Positions 11,527 to 20,565 are shown, counted from the stretch's first letter. The stretch: DNA of 64,000 nt from an uncultured Planctomycetota bacterium (GCA_963849325.1 CAWKHF010000011.1:67762-131761); one strand, 5' to 3'. The notes: a model not told the origin generated them from the letters alone. Numbers and translations: made by a program.

Positions 11527-11621
11527 TTAGAGGCACTAACCGAATGTGGCGGCACGTTTGTAACGTGCCGTACAATCCAACACGTTGAAAACGTGTTGCC
11601 ACATTTTGTTAGAGCCTCTTA
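11527..11621. repeat. 95-nt nested-hairpin element, copy B (inverted relative to 4644..4738)
   Basis: The reverse complement is identical to copy A except for 1-2 positions (GGTTAGTGCC vs GGTTCGTGCC). It lies in the gap between the WecA-like gene and the epimerase gene. Confidence 0.85.
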
Positions 11622-11644
11622 CGCACGGGCCAGACCGCAACGGG

Positions 11645-13189
11645 TTACGCCTGGACGCGGACACCCTCGTTGCCCTTCACCGGACAGGTGATGGCGGGCA
11701 ACGCGGCGCGGTCTTGCCGTGCTTCGGCGTTGCTGGCCCCCTCCTCTTTGGGGACAAAGGCTTCGCTGGCCTTGGTGAAATCATCGATGATCGCCGCCAG
11801 GGCGGCCACCTTGCCCCACAGCGGCTCGGAGTCGGGATAGCCGGAAACCAGGAGATGACCAATGATCCGACCTCCCATCTCCAGGGGGATTTCGACCCGC
11901 CAGAGGACGTCTTCGACCTCTTCCTCGAAGCGGTCCCACTGGGCATGATACTCCTCGTGCAGCTGCGGAACACTGACGTCCAGCTGAGCCGTCTGCAGAT
12001 TCAAGTCGAAGGCGCGGACGGCCACCGCGTCCAGCAGCGACTTCCAGTTTCGCGTACCGTGCAGATGCACGTCCGAGCGCTGGAACTGCCCCTCGCCCCG
12101 GCGTTGGAGAAGGGTCAGGAGGAGGCGTCTCAGTCGTGTCTTGACCAGGAGGAACTCCGCGTGCCCGAAGAGCCGGGTGGCGATCAGGATGGCCGCCACC
12201 ATCAGGGCGGTGCCCACGGCGATGAATTCGTTCCGCAGCTGGAGGCTGACGAAGACCCCGGCCACGAGAAGCAAGCACAACGCGGAGGTGACCAGCAACA
12301 CGAGATGGGGATGGGACAGGCGGCGGAGCAGGCAATGATGCAGATGGCCTCGGTCGGTGGTGTAGATGCTTCGTCCGGTCAACTTGCGGCGCAGGATGGC
12401 TGCGGTCGTGTCGAAGATCGGTAGGGCCAGCAGGACTAGCGGTGTTACCAACGCGATTGTGGTGGGGGTCTTGAGTGAACTGTGAATGGCCAGGACGCCC
12501 ACCATCAAGCCGATGAGCATACTCCCCGAGTCTCCCAGGAAGATGCTCGCGGGCGGGAAGTTGAAGCACAGGAAGGCGAGGACGGCGCCGGCCATGGCGA
12601 AGGCCATACAGGCGGTGACGTCTCGACCGGCCACCCACGCCATCACGCCCAGGGCCAGGAAGACGATGAAGGCGATGCTGCTTAAGAGGCCGTCCATGCC
12701 GTCGATGAGGTTGAGCGAGTTGATGGCTCCCAGGAGGATAAAGGCGGTGAAGGGCACCGACACCACCCCCAGCTCGAACTCCCCACCCAGCAGATGGACG
12801 GTGCGGACCTGGACGCCGGAGGTGATAACGATGGTAACGGCGGCGATTTGGCCCATGAGCTTGTGCCGCCCCCGCAGCTGGCCGAAGTCGTCGGCCACTC
12901 CCACGGCACAGATCATCAGGCAGGCCATCAGAAGGCCCACCGGGCGCGGCAACTGGGTCCACACTTGTTCCTGCCAGGGTCCGTCCTGCTGTAACGCCAC
13001 CAGGAAGGCAATGCCGGCGGCGAGGAGGATGGCGGGTCCGCCGGCGACGGGGATGGAGCGGCTGTGCAGCTTGCGCCGTCCGTCCGGCTGATCGACCAGC
13101 CGCAAGGGGTGGGCGAGGGCGCGAACCGCAGGCGTCAGCAGCAGGCAGAGAAGGAAGCTGAGAGCAGCAGCGATCAACATCTCAACCAT
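11645..13189 (-). CDS. WecA/WbpL-like polyprenyl-phosphate HexNAc-1-phosphate transferase (MraY/GT4 PNPT family) with about 180-aa C-terminal cytoplasmic extension
   Basis: Within ORF 11645..13402 the likely start is MVEMLIAAALSF (ATG 13189). PNPT hallmarks are RKLHSRSIPVAGG, VGVADDFGQLRGRHKL, AINSLNLIDGMDGL and FLGDSGSMLIG. Confidence 0.8.
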   Translation of the reverse strand: MVEMLIAAALSFLLCLLLTPAVRALAHPLRLVDQPDGRRKLHSRSIPVAGGPAILLAAGIAFLVALQQDGPWQEQVWTQLPRPVGLLMACLMICAVGVADDFGQLRGRHKLMGQIAAVTIVITSGVQVRTVHLLGGEFELGVVSVPFTAFILLGAINSLNLIDGMDGLLSSIAFIVFLALGVMAWVAGRDVTACMAFAMAGAVLAFLCFNFPPASIFLGDSGSMLIGLMVGVLAIHSSLKTPTTIALVTPLVLLALPIFDTTAAILRRKLTGRSIYTTDRGHLHHCLLRRLSHPHLVLLVTSALCLLLVAGVFVSLQLRNEFIAVGTALMVAAILIATRLFGHAEFLLVKTRLRRLLLTLLQRRGEGQFQRSDVHLHGTRNWKSLLDAVAVRAFDLNLQTAQLDVSVPQLHEEYHAQWDRFEEEVEDVLWRVEIPLEMGGRIIGHLLVSGYPDSEPLWGKVAALAAIIDDFTKASEAFVPKEEGASNAEARQDRAALPAITCPVKGNEGVRVQA

Positions 13190-13486
13190 CCTCGTCCGGA
13201 GAGGGGGAAAGTTGAAGGCGGCGGCATGGCGACAACGCCAGCGACATCGTGTTGGCCGACTTCTCCGGTCAAGCGGCGAGCTCGGCGCACACTCCGTGCC
13301 CGTGGGTTGCGAAAACAACCCTTGCCCGCGAAGGACAAAACGACCACCCGACTCCACGCGAACGCGGAGACAATGGTCGCCGTTCTCCCAATCGGAGAAC
13401 ATCTTAATGGTTAGTAGGGGCCGTCCAACAAAAAGTTCCGAGTTTCACCGTGTCGCGGCGAAACGTAGTTATTGTCGGACAAACCT

Positions 13487-14075
13487 TTACACGCCGGCAG
13501 CGTGCATGGGCCGGTCGCCCAAAGGCTGTAGCATCCAGCCCTCGACCTCGATGGAGGCGCCTCGCTGGATGAAGTTCACCTCAATCACAAAACGCATGTG
13601 TCTGTCACGGCGGATATTTTTTCCCTGGAGTCCAGCGAGAGGTCCAGCGGTCATCACCGCCGACATGCCCGGCTGGAGGCGTTCTCCAGGAGCCACCGGG
13701 GGCGCCGCACTCCATCAGACGGTGAATCCTCGCAAGGTCCATCCGCAGCTGATTCCCGTCGGGAACGGGGCGCATGCGGACCACTTGCTTGGTCTGGAGG
13801 GCTGCCAGGCGGGCGGCTTCATGGCCCCCAGAAAGACGCATCCAGGGAACAGAGGTCCGTGCGCGGCCAGCGGCCGTCCACGGTTCTGCCATTGTTTTTT
13901 GTACAAGGGTAAGGAAGAAGTCGTGACGTAAGTCCAGCAGCTTGCGGGCGAGGGCCTTTTCCGCTCGGGGACGGGAGTGAAGAACCCACCAAGTGCCGGC
14001 CTCCTCGGAACCCCGATCCGGGGTAGCCAGGAGATCGGCAGGGTACACGAACGGTTCCAATGGCAAAAGGGGCAT
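13487..14075 (-). CDS. NusG-paralog transcription antiterminator (RfaH/UpxY/LoaP-like), about 3 frameshifts
   Basis: The NGN domain is WWVLHSRPRAEKALARKLLDLRHDFFLP (ORF 13605..14171), then LYKKQWQNRGRPLAAHGPLFPGCVFL (ORF 13715..13906). The KOW-like C-terminus is PGMSAVMTAGPLAGLQGKNIRRDRHMRFVIEVNFIQRGASIEVEGWMLQPL (ORF 13487..13696). It is the first gene of the glycan operon. The start could alternatively be 14171. Confidence 0.65.
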
Positions 14076-14707
14076 AGGATGGAAGCCTTGGATCCATAGA
14101 CCCCGGGTCCATCCTGGTGACGGGATCGCCTTCTTCTCCCCCTGCGTCCGGGCGGGGAACGCCATCGACAATCGCGAACCTCTCGCGGTCAGTCACGACA
14201 GGGCATCTCGGCTCCGATCGACCATCTAGAAGGCGCAATCGGCGCACATCATCCGCGACAGAAGGAAGTCCCTCCTGCCTTCCATTTCGTTGGAATACCC
14301 TTGCCCGTCAATGACCTTGGTTGGGCAAATGGAACGGTTGCAAAGGACAGGCATAACGTAGCAAGGGAAGGGAGAGGATGTCAAGGATAAAATCGCCTGG
14401 AGGGGTTTTCGGTTTTCGGGGTTTTCGGAACCTTACGTCGAATGCACGGAATTGACAGAGAGTACGGATCGGTGTACCATGCAGCTTCTGAGTTTCCGAA
14501 AAGGCGACCGTGGCGGATCCGGATCGGTTCCGTATCGTTGCTCCCGATGATTCCGTCGTGTTCGCGGATACGCTGCGCCTAGCGTCAGCAGGATCGACAC
14601 AGGATTTGGAGCGTCCGCGAACGGCGCCTTGGCGATGCGCGGGATAAGTTATCTCAAGCCGGATATGCACGTCCGTACAGAACAAGCCTTCGGGAGCGTG
14701 GGGAAAC

Positions 14708-15883
14708 GTGTTATCTAACCCGGTCATCCAGGTCTTACGGGACCACCGCTTTTGGCGCGGGCCGGCCCCCCAGGTGATCCTGCTACTGGCGGTGGCGAAC
14801 GTCGCGGTGCTACATTGGAAAAACAGCATGGCGGAGGAGAGACGTGCGAACCTCACCACGGGGGACGTAAAAGCGTTCGACCGGACAAATCGCTACGATT
14901 ATACGTTCGGCGATGATCTCCTCGCCAGTTGGAACACCATTCCCGACGCTACCAAGTGCCCGCTGGTGGTTGTGTGCGGCATGTCGCAAATGTTTACAAT
15001 CAACGAACCCAAACCGGGCGACCAGCGAATATCGGAGGAACTGGATGATCGGCTGTCACCCCGGGGGGTACGGGTTTATGGCCTTGCTGCTCCCAATCTG
15101 TGTAACGAGGAAGCCCTGTTTCTGCTCCTCGCCTTGCTCGAACAACCACGGACTACGCCGAGGAGCTTTATCTTTGGAGCGTGTTTCGACAAGTTTCGCA
15201 ACATTGATCTCCGGCCCGGCTACGGGAGGTTCCTCCAAGCCAAGCCTGGTTTAGCCGAGTTGTGGAAACGAACAGCGGAAGTACACCGCGAGAAATATCC
15301 TCTAGCCGCCGATAAAATGCTCAGAACACTCCACGATCTTCACGGCGGAGAGGAGGATCGCGACCGGTCAACAAACGGTGTCTGCGAAAACGAGTTACGC
15401 AACTTCGTCAGCGCCGGTCTTCCCGTCGTCGCGGAGCGCAAACAGATGAATGGCTTTCTTCAAAATCGGTTGTTCCTGCTCCGCAACAGTTTACTGGGCA
15501 TCAAGCCCACGTCCAAGCGGCCGATTATCCAAAGCCGCTACGATATGAACCGGGAATTTCTCGAGCTGATGATTGATGTAAGTGAACGAGCCGGCGTGCG
15601 TTTCATTACCTACGTCTGTCCACTGAACCCGCTCGCGGAAAATCCGTACGTCGCGCACGAATACGCAGAATTTAAGACCTGGCTCGAAGGCTTGGCAGCC
15701 GAGCGCCGCGTTCCGTTTACGAACCTGGAAGGTCTTGTGCCGCATGAGGAGTGGGGAACATTCTTGGGCGGTCCTGACTTCAAGCATTTCAAAGGTGCGG
15801 GCCACCGGTTGGTCGCGGCGAAACTGGAGGAAGAATTCGGCCCGCTATTGACGGAATCGGCGGAGTCGGAGGTAGGGCCGTGA
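14708..15883 (+). CDS. membrane-anchored SGNH/DltD-like protein
   Basis: 391-aa ORF (GTG start) with an N-terminal TM (QVILLLAVANVAVLHW). It has a Ser-motif candidate VVVCGMSQMF and a C-terminal D-x-x-H (GGPDFKHFKGAGHRL), as in SGNH/DltD/AlgJ-type proteins. Its stop overlaps the MBOAT start (GTGA). Confidence 0.5.
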   Translation: MLSNPVIQVLRDHRFWRGPAPQVILLLAVANVAVLHWKNSMAEERRANLTTGDVKAFDRTNRYDYTFGDDLLASWNTIPDATKCPLVVVCGMSQMFTINEPKPGDQRISEELDDRLSPRGVRVYGLAAPNLCNEEALFLLLALLEQPRTTPRSFIFGACFDKFRNIDLRPGYGRFLQAKPGLAELWKRTAEVHREKYPLAADKMLRTLHDLHGGEEDRDRSTNGVCENELRNFVSAGLPVVAERKQMNGFLQNRLFLLRNSLLGIKPTSKRPIIQSRYDMNREFLELMIDVSERAGVRFITYVCPLNPLAENPYVAHEYAEFKTWLEGLAAERRVPFTNLEGLVPHEEWGTFLGGPDFKHFKGAGHRLVAAKLEEEFGPLLTESAESEVGP

Positions 15884-17311
15884 TCTTTACCAGCTACACG
15901 TACATCGCTTTCCTGCTCGCCGTCTTCTTATTGCACTGGTCCGTTCCCGTATCCTGGCGCAAGCCGCTGTTGATCGTCGCTAGTTATATCTTCTATTGCT
16001 CCTGGCGCTGGGAGTTCGGCTTTTTACTTTTAGGTGTCAGTTTCTTCAACTGGTCCTATGGTCGGTGGGTACTGCCGCGTTGGCCGTCTCTGTCGATGCT
16101 CTTGCTCGGTGTGGCTGCAAACCTTACGCCGCTTGTCTATTACAAGTATAGCAGTTTCCTGATCCAGAATGCCGCCATCATGACGCACTGGTTCGGCTCG
16201 GATTGGGTTCCGCCGGCCATGAGCATCTTGCTGCCGCTTGGCATTTCCTTTTTCTCCTTTCAAGGCATCGCTTACCTCGTGGACGTGGCCACGGGCGAGG
16301 AACCGCTGCAACGCCTGTCGGATTTCTTGCTGTTCAAGTCGTTTTGGTCGCAGCTGATCGCCGGACCAATCATCCGTCTTCATGAGATGCGTCAGCAGCT
16401 CGAAACGCCGCGTGAACTCGATTACGAGGACTTGGCCATCGGCTGCGAGCGAATCCTGTTTGGGTTTTTCAAAAAAATCGTGCTTGCGGACAACCTCGCT
16501 CCCATCGTGGACCTGGTGTTTTTATCCAAAGGGAATGCCAATGCTCTGGATACCGTAGTCGGCATTCTCGGGTTCGGCATGCAGATCTATTTCGACTTTA
16601 GCGCGTACTCCGACATCGCGATTGGCTCCGCACGCCTATTCGGCTACCGGTTTCCCGAAAACTTCAACTGGCCTTACGCCGCCCACAGCCCGCGCGAATT
16701 CTGGAATCGCTGGCACATGACGCTGTCGAGCTGGATTCGCGATTATGTCTTCACGCCTTTAACGTTTCTTTCTCGTAACCGGCCGGCGCTGGGGATGATG
16801 TGGCTGATCGTGGCGATGGCCCTGTGCGGCTTGTGGCACGGCGCCCAGTGGACGTTCGTGGTCTGGGGCATCTGGCACGGCGTCCTCCTGGTTGCCAACC
16901 AAATCGTTCTCCGAGGCGTTTCTCCCCGACCGGCGGGAGATCGCGGCAATCGGTTCCCACGGGCACCTGCTGGCTGGACCGTTGACCTTCGTACTTGCCA
17001 ATGTGGGCTGGGTGTTCTTCCGCGCCGGGTCGCTGCAACAAAGCTGGTCCATGTTGACCAGCCTCTTCACGCTGCGCGGCGGCATCCGGCCGGCACTTGT
17101 CCGGGAAAACAGTGTCCTGTTTGTGGGAGCGGTCTTCGTCGCCATGATGGTCGCGCAATCCATGCACCCGGCCTGGACCCGCTGGACGCAGCGAGTGGAC
17201 GTCGGACTCCGCGTGGGGGCGACGCTCCGCGCGGTTGTTTACGCGTTCGTCATTTTGAGCGTCATTGTTTTGGATCAAGAGGCCAAGACCTTCGTTTACT
17301 TCCAGTTCTGA
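15880..17311 (+). CDS. MBOAT-family membrane O-acyltransferase (AlgI/DltB-like), one frameshift near 16900
   Basis: The first about 345 aa of ORF 15880..19047 carry AlgI/DltB motifs (FSFQGIAYLVDV, WHMTLSSWIRDYVFTPL, GLWHGAQWTFVVWGIWHG). The genuine C-terminus (..AGPLTFVLANVGWVFFRAGSLQQSW..YFQF*) is in ORF 16892..17311. Confidence 0.8.
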
Positions 17312-17319
17312 GCGTGCTC

Positions 17320-19047
17320 ATGCGGAGTTCGGCAGTGCATTCTTCGTCGGGGGAGCGGCTCGGCGATCGCTGGCGGCATCACGCCACCGTCTCTCCGCAG
17401 GCTGTGGCCGTAACCCACTGGGTCGCCGGTGCCGAGCCCGTGCGCTGGACGTGGGGAGATCTCCTGCGCGGCGCCGACAACGTGGCCGGCTGGCTCGCCG
17501 CGCACGGAGTTCGTCCAGGCCAGGTCTGTGCCCTGATGGTGCGTCACCATCCCTGGTTTTATCCGGTGTACCTGGGAATCAGTTTGAGCGGGGCATTACC
17601 TGCTGTCCTGGCCTATCCCAATGCGCGTACACACCCAGAGAAACTCCGCCAGGGGTTGGAGGGAATGGCTCGTCGCTCGGGGTTGGACTGGGTGCTCACC
17701 GAGCGCGAACTGGAGCCGATGGTTCGCGACCTCATGTTGAGGGAAGGGAGCACTCTGGAGGGACTGCTGTTCCCGCTGGAGTCCGACGTCGCGGCCCCAA
17801 CGAGATTCTACCCGCCCGTGACGCCGACAACTCCGGCCGATAGTCCCTGCCTGCTTCAGCATTCCTCCGGCACCACAGGTTTGCAAAAGGCCGTGATGCT
17901 GTCCCACCGGGCCGTACTGGGGCATCTCGATCGCTATCGCCGCGCCATTGGGCTGACGGCGGACGATAAGATCGTGAGTTGGCTGCCGCCCTATCATGAC
18001 ATGGGACTCATTGCGGCGTTCCATCTGCCGCTGGCCTGTGGCATCCCCCTGATCCAACTCGATCCGTTCGAATGGGTGCAGGCGCCCGTCCTGTTTCTGG
18101 AAGCCGCGGCACGCGACGGCGCGACGCTGGCCTGGCTGCCGAACTTCGCCTATCATCTCATGGCCGAACGCATCCATGAGGAAGATCTGGAGGGACTCCG
18201 GTTTGACCGAATGCGCCTGCTGATCAACTGTAGCGAGCCGGTTCGCGCCGAGGCCCACGAAAAGTTCCTTCAACGCTTTGGTCCCTACGGCTTCCGCGCG
18301 GAAGCGCTGGCGGCTTGCTATGCCATGGCCGAAACTACCTTCGCGGTGACGCAAACGATTCCAGGCCGGCCCCCTTCCCAGCTCACGGTTGATCGGGACG
18401 AGTTGGCACGCGGACAAGTGCGGCTCATCCCGCCGGGTCCGCCAAGCCGGGTATGCGTCTCCTCCGGCGTCCCCATCGCCGACTGTGCCGTGCGCCTGGT
18501 CAATGAGCGGGGCGAGGACTTGCCGGACGATCGGGTCGGGGAGTTGGTCATCCACTCGGCATCGATGTTCGATGGCTATCGCAATTATGCGGAGAAGACA
18601 GCGGAAGTGCTCCAGGACGGCTGGTACTCCAGTGGCGATTATGGCTTCCGGCACCGGGGCGAGTGCTATGTTATCGGCCGGAAAAAGGACTTGATTATCG
18701 TCGCCGGCAAAAACATTTACCCGGAGGACATCGAAGACGCTGCCAATGGAGTATTCGGTGTCCTTCCCGGACGTGTGGTGGCTTTCGGAGTGGACGATCC
18801 GGAACTGGGGACCGAACAGGTGGCGGTAGTTTTGGAGTCCGAGCATCACGGCAGTCCCAAAGCCACGCAAGTGCGCCAGCAAGTCGTTCAGGCTGGCATG
18901 GATATCGGAGTAACCATTAGCGAAGTCTATATCGTGCCGCCGCGCTGGCTAATTAAGAGTTCCGCCGGCAAACCGAGCCGTGGGGCGAATCGTGAACGCG
19001 TGCTGAACGAATTGAGGGTCCAGAGGCGAGGGAAAGGCGATGATTAG
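17320..19047 (+). CDS. fatty-acyl-AMP ligase-like adenylating enzyme (ANL superfamily)
   Basis: ATG at 17320, in the same frame as the long 15880 ORF. Motifs are LLQHSSGTTGLQKAVMLSH, WLPPYHDMGLI (FAAL-typical), YSSGDYGF, GRKKDLIIVAGKNIYPEDIE and KSSAGKPSR. Confidence 0.8.
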   Translation: MRSSAVHSSSGERLGDRWRHHATVSPQAVAVTHWVAGAEPVRWTWGDLLRGADNVAGWLAAHGVRPGQVCALMVRHHPWFYPVYLGISLSGALPAVLAYPNARTHPEKLRQGLEGMARRSGLDWVLTERELEPMVRDLMLREGSTLEGLLFPLESDVAAPTRFYPPVTPTTPADSPCLLQHSSGTTGLQKAVMLSHRAVLGHLDRYRRAIGLTADDKIVSWLPPYHDMGLIAAFHLPLACGIPLIQLDPFEWVQAPVLFLEAAARDGATLAWLPNFAYHLMAERIHEEDLEGLRFDRMRLLINCSEPVRAEAHEKFLQRFGPYGFRAEALAACYAMAETTFAVTQTIPGRPPSQLTVDRDELARGQVRLIPPGPPSRVCVSSGVPIADCAVRLVNERGEDLPDDRVGELVIHSASMFDGYRNYAEKTAEVLQDGWYSSGDYGFRHRGECYVIGRKKDLIIVAGKNIYPEDIEDAANGVFGVLPGRVVAFGVDDPELGTEQVAVVLESEHHGSPKATQVRQQVVQAGMDIGVTISEVYIVPPRWLIKSSAGKPSRGANRERVLNELRVQRRGKGDD

Positions 19048-19276
19048 CGACCGGCTCAAAGGGGTCATCCTGCGCGAGCTGCAACTGGATGACTTTCCCT
19101 TCACGGACCAGACGCTCGCCCCCAATGTCCCCGGTTGGGATTCGCTGAGCCACGTGCGGATTCTCGCGGCGATCGAGAAAGAGTTCGCCATTCGGTTCAA
19201 GACGCTAGAGGTGTTGCGACTGAAGAATGTCGGCGAACTTCAAGCGCTCGTGAGTAAAAAGACCGCGGCTGGCTAG
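19040..19276 (+). CDS. acyl/peptidyl carrier protein
   Basis: 78-aa ORF overlapping the ligase stop by 8 nt. The phosphopantetheine site motif is GWDSLSHVRILAAIEKEF. Confidence 0.75.
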   Translation: MISDRLKGVILRELQLDDFPFTDQTLAPNVPGWDSLSHVRILAAIEKEFAIRFKTLEVLRLKNVGELQALVSKKTAAG

Positions 19277-19295
19277 CTGTTTCGTTTGCGACCCA

Positions 19296-19520
19296 TCAGC
19301 GGACAGGCGTCACCACGATCGATTTGATCTCGATGTCGCCGTCCGCCGACCACACGCGCACCGGCGAGTGAGCAAAGGAGATCGGGCCGTAGTCGGAGAT
19401 GCCAATGATGACGGGGTTACGATGAGTCACCCAGACCGTGAACGTCTCCCGCGTCAGCTGGACGCGGAGTTCCTGCAAGCCGGGAACTTGCCGCGTATCA
19501 CCGAAGACAGTCCACAGAGC
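19296..19520 (-). pseudogene. possible C-terminal fragment of a secreted lectin/DUF1080-like gene
   Basis: Only the last about 75 aa of ORF 19296..19616 look protein-like (..LRVQLTRETFTVWVTHRNPVIIGISDYGPISFAHSPVRVWSADGDIEIKSIVVTPV). There is no credible N-terminus, and it abuts the TnpB remnant. Confidence 0.2.
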
Positions 19521-19606
19521 GCCTCGTTCATCCGGGTCCGAGCGGCCAGCGGAAAGGCCGTAACAAGAACTTCCGCAAAGCGATCTCGCCGTGGACCTAT
19601 CGCCTG

Positions 19607-19765
19607 GTGCGGACACGGATCGATCCGAAGGCGCAGGAGGACCGTGTTCGTCCTGTGAGCTACGATCCCCGAAACACCAGCCGAGAGTGTCCCGCCTGGG
19701 GAACGGTGAGGAAGGACAACCGAAAGGGAGAGCGCTTTTGCTGCCAGTCCTGCGGCACGCAGAGC
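19607..19765 (+). mobile_element. remnant of an IS200/IS605-family tnpB (OrfB Zn-ribbon region only)
   Basis: ..KAQEDRVRPVSYDPRNTSRECPAWGTVRKDNRKGERFCCQSCGTQ.. matches the TnpB C-terminal pattern (YKA...G..V..VdPr.TSq.Cp.CG......R....F.C..CG). No upstream RuvC-I/II or wedge domains are present, and the downstream part is cut off by a hairpin repeat. Confidence 0.5.
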
Positions 19766-19820
19766 ACGAATCACACGAATAAAAAGATGCAAGTTTTGTA
19801 TTTTATTCGTGTGATTCGTG
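19765..19820. repeat. perfect 20-bp-stem hairpin, CACGAATCACACGAATAAAA family
   Basis: CACGAATCACACGAATAAAA-16 nt-TTTTATTCGTGTGATTCGTG. The same arms recur at 38055-38082 and 38233-38271. It sits 14 nt from the PP2C stop codon, so it probably acts as a terminator. Confidence 0.8.
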
Positions 19821-19833
19821 GTGAATCGGGGAT

Positions 19834-20565
19834 CTACGAGAAGGCCACGACGACGCAGGTGACGTTGTCGTTGGAGCCGCGTTCGAGGGCCAACGTCACC
19901 AGTTCGTTGGCCCACTCCTGCGGGTCGGGATAGCGGGCCGCGCCCGTGCGCAGGTCGTCGGGATTGATGTAATTGGTCAAGCCGTCGCTGGCCAGCACGA
20001 GACGATCGCCAGCGTGCGGCGTGAAAGGGCGTACCTCGGCTGATTCCGGCAGGTCGGCACAGCCGAGAAATCTGTAGAGAATGTGGCGATACGGACTTTG
20101 CCGGGCTTGCTCGGGCGTCAGCGCTCCGTTGCGAGCCAACTCTTCGGCCATGGAATGATCGAGGGTGAGCTGTTCGACGTGCTCGCCGCGGATGAGGTAG
20201 GCCCGGCTATCGCCAAGTCCGGCCACGTAAATTCGATCGTCCTGGCGCACGGCCAGAACGGCGGTCGTGCCCATGCGGCGGCCGGCGGCCTGGTGACGGC
20301 TGGCGTCCAGGATGGCCCGATTGGCTTCTCGGAACGCCTCGGTCACGGCCTGGGCGGGGTCGGCGTGGGCATCCAGGCGGACCTGCACCGCGCGCGGAAT
20401 GATCTCCGCCGCCAACCCGCTCGCCCGTTCGCCGGACTCCTGCCCTCCCATACCGTCGGCGACGAGGAACACGTTCCGGCTCGTGTCGGCCACGTAGCGG
20501 TCTTCGTTATTGGGACGCAGGCCGCGGGCCGTGCGGGCGCCTGCGCGTACTTCCAGGGGATCCAT
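19834..20565 (-). CDS. PP2C-family Ser/Thr protein phosphatase
   Basis: Within ORF 19834..20763 the likely start is MDPLEVRAG (ATG 20565). Motifs are RPNNEDRY, FLVADGMGGQESGERAS, ASDGL and GSNDNVTCVVV. Confidence 0.85.
   Translation of the reverse strand: MDPLEVRAGARTARGLRPNNEDRYVADTSRNVFLVADGMGGQESGERASGLAAEIIPRAVQVRLDAHADPAQAVTEAFREANRAILDASRHQAAGRRMGTTAVLAVRQDDRIYVAGLGDSRAYLIRGEHVEQLTLDHSMAEELARNGALTPEQARQSPYRHILYRFLGCADLPESAEVRPFTPHAGDRLVLASDGLTNYINPDDLRTGAARYPDPQEWANELVTLALERGSNDNVTCVVVAFS

Noticed and set aside
14308-14859. 183-aa minus-strand ORF in the divergent intergenic region
   Set aside because: It has no motif and odd composition. It overlaps the start of the DltD-like gene and spans the leader of the NusG-like gene, so it is most likely non-coding.
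17596-18882. Long antisense or alternative-frame ORFs in GC-rich genes (17596..18882, 21385..22731, 31508..32884, 50581..51618, 53819..54745, 61300..62313, 63089..63943 and others)
   Set aside because: They have the Arg/Ala/Gly/Pro-rich composition typical of stop-poor off-frames at high GC. Each lies opposite or over a gene with clear family motifs.
15880-19047. 1055-aa ORF suggesting a natural MBOAT-adenylating enzyme fusion
   Set aside because: The about 135 aa linking the two halves are Arg/Pro/Gly-rich out-of-frame read-through. The genuine MBOAT C-terminus with its own stop is in the +2 frame (16892..17311). The ligase has its own ATG at 17320.
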